51,628 nucleotides of DNA. Origin: Octopus sinensis. Taxonomy: Eukaryota. The DNA lies in contig NW_021834527.1 of the NCBI RefSeq assembly GCF_006345805.1, forward strand, positions 1-51,628, written 5' to 3'. The notes under the pieces are model-generated. The model saw only the letters and a list, made by a program, of their open reading frames with translations. It did not search any database and was not told the DNA's origin. Shown here in pieces: positions 50,305 to 51,628 of the stretch (the first letter of the stretch is position 1; each line of letters begins with the position of its first letter). A program made the position numbers and the translations under genes.

Positions 50305-50379
50305 TAATAATAATAATAAATAATAATAATAATCATATAATAATAATAATAATAATGATAATAATAATAATAAATAATA

Positions 50380-50417
<38 letters not shown>

Positions 50418-50464
50418 TAATATATAATATAATAAATAATAATAATAATAATAATATAATATAA

Positions 50465-50495
<31 letters not shown>

Positions 50496-50510
50496 CTATA
50501 TAATATAATA

Positions 50511-50549
<39 letters not shown>

Positions 50550-50673
50550 TAATATATAATAATAAATAATAATAATATAATAATAATGATAATAATAATA
50601 ATAATAATAATATAATAATATATAATAATAATAAAATTATGATAATAATATAATAATAATAATAATAATAATG

Positions 50674-50716
<43 letters not shown>

Positions 50717-50769
50717 TAATAATAAGATAATAATAATAATAATAATAATAATATATAATAATATTAATA

Positions 50770-50810
<41 letters not shown>

Positions 50811-50815
50811 TAATG

Positions 50816-50885
<70 letters not shown>
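48584..50885. repeat. 2.3-kb degenerate (TAA)n array
   Basis: Seen directly; many 1-nt interruptions. Confidence 0.95.
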
Positions 50886-50887
<2 letters not shown>

Positions 50888-51170
50888 CAACAAAAGAGGA
50901 CAAGAAAATTAAGCAGCGAACTCATGTCAAGAGAGTGAACATAAGAGAAAATAGGGAAAAAAATAATATACGCTTTAACACTGATGATACACATGTCTCT
51001 CTCTCTCTCTCTCTCTCTCCTCTCTCTTTCTATCTATCTCTCTTTCTATCTCTCTCTCTCTCTCTCTCTCTATTTATCTATCTATCTATTGATCGTTCGA
51101 TCGTTCAATCTATGAAATGTTGAATCCATGTAAGCCGTGTTTCTGCCATGTAAGTTAGCCGTGGACACAC

Positions 51171-51267
51171 CTGAAACGGCTTCCTTGTCATCTGCAACCG
51201 AACACCCAGCGGTTCAGGTGAATCAAGATTCTGGATATCAGTGAAGAAGTGTTTGAATTTGGCGAAT
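51171..51267 (-). CDS. Candidate upstream host-gene exon (97 nt)
   Basis: Acceptor TATTTATACAG|, donor CAG|GTGTGT; open frame FAKFKHFFTDIQNLDSPEPLGVRLQMTRKPFQ in a GC-balanced unique island. Confidence 0.45.
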
Positions 51268-51442
51268 CTGTATAAATATTCAATTTACCAATAAACCCAA
51301 CAAAATGCATCTACAAACATAGGTAAGGCGAAATTCTGAACTCTAAAAGATTGAATAAATATTTTCCCAAATGGATTTACGTAATTATGAACTTTGAAAT
51401 ATATATCTGCGAAAAAAGTCCATAAAAACTGAAGTTCTATTT

Positions 51443-51528
<86 letters not shown>

Positions 51529-51628
51529 CATGCATGTATGTATGTATGTATGTATACACATACACACATATATATACATATATACTTATACTTATACGTA
51601 GGCATATACGCACACATATATACATATA

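Noticed and set aside
51289-51342. Minus-strand 54-nt exon candidate
   Set aside because: It would leave only ~20 nt before the 97-nt candidate, too short for an intron; the latter looks more coding-like.

Overview
This is AT-rich, microsatellite-saturated eukaryotic genomic DNA, most likely an octopus or other coleoid cephalopod, judged from SINE families and repeat landscape recognised by eye rather than by a database search. Almost all ORFs in the supplied track are translations of (TA)n, (CA)n, (TATG)n, (GATA)n or (TAA)n. The real content falls into five groups. (1) A near-complete Penelope-like retroelement (PLE) on the minus strand (34371-39821) with two ~630-bp direct pseudo-LTRs, each carrying a minimal hammerhead ribozyme (HHR) with a U3-A8 core. 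Its decayed coiled-coil-like ORF1 meets the RT/GIY-YIG ORF2 at a U_UUU_UUA -1 frameshift-like junction. (2) Many PLE fragments and short non-autonomous, often palindromic, derivatives, giving more than a dozen HHR-like motifs with several non-canonical cores. (3) At least three tRNA-derived SINE families; fragments of Tx1/L1, CR1-group, RTE-like and RLE (R4/Dong-like) LINEs; hAT MITEs; and Merlin, mariner and Helitron/HINE remnants, often nested. (4) A 1.6-kb near-perfect inverted repeat (6041-7642). (5) A candidate minus-strand host gene, absent from the ORF track, built from a phase-compatible chain of 26-56-nt exons spread over at least 22 kb. Family assignments rest on remembered motifs and need confirmation by search.
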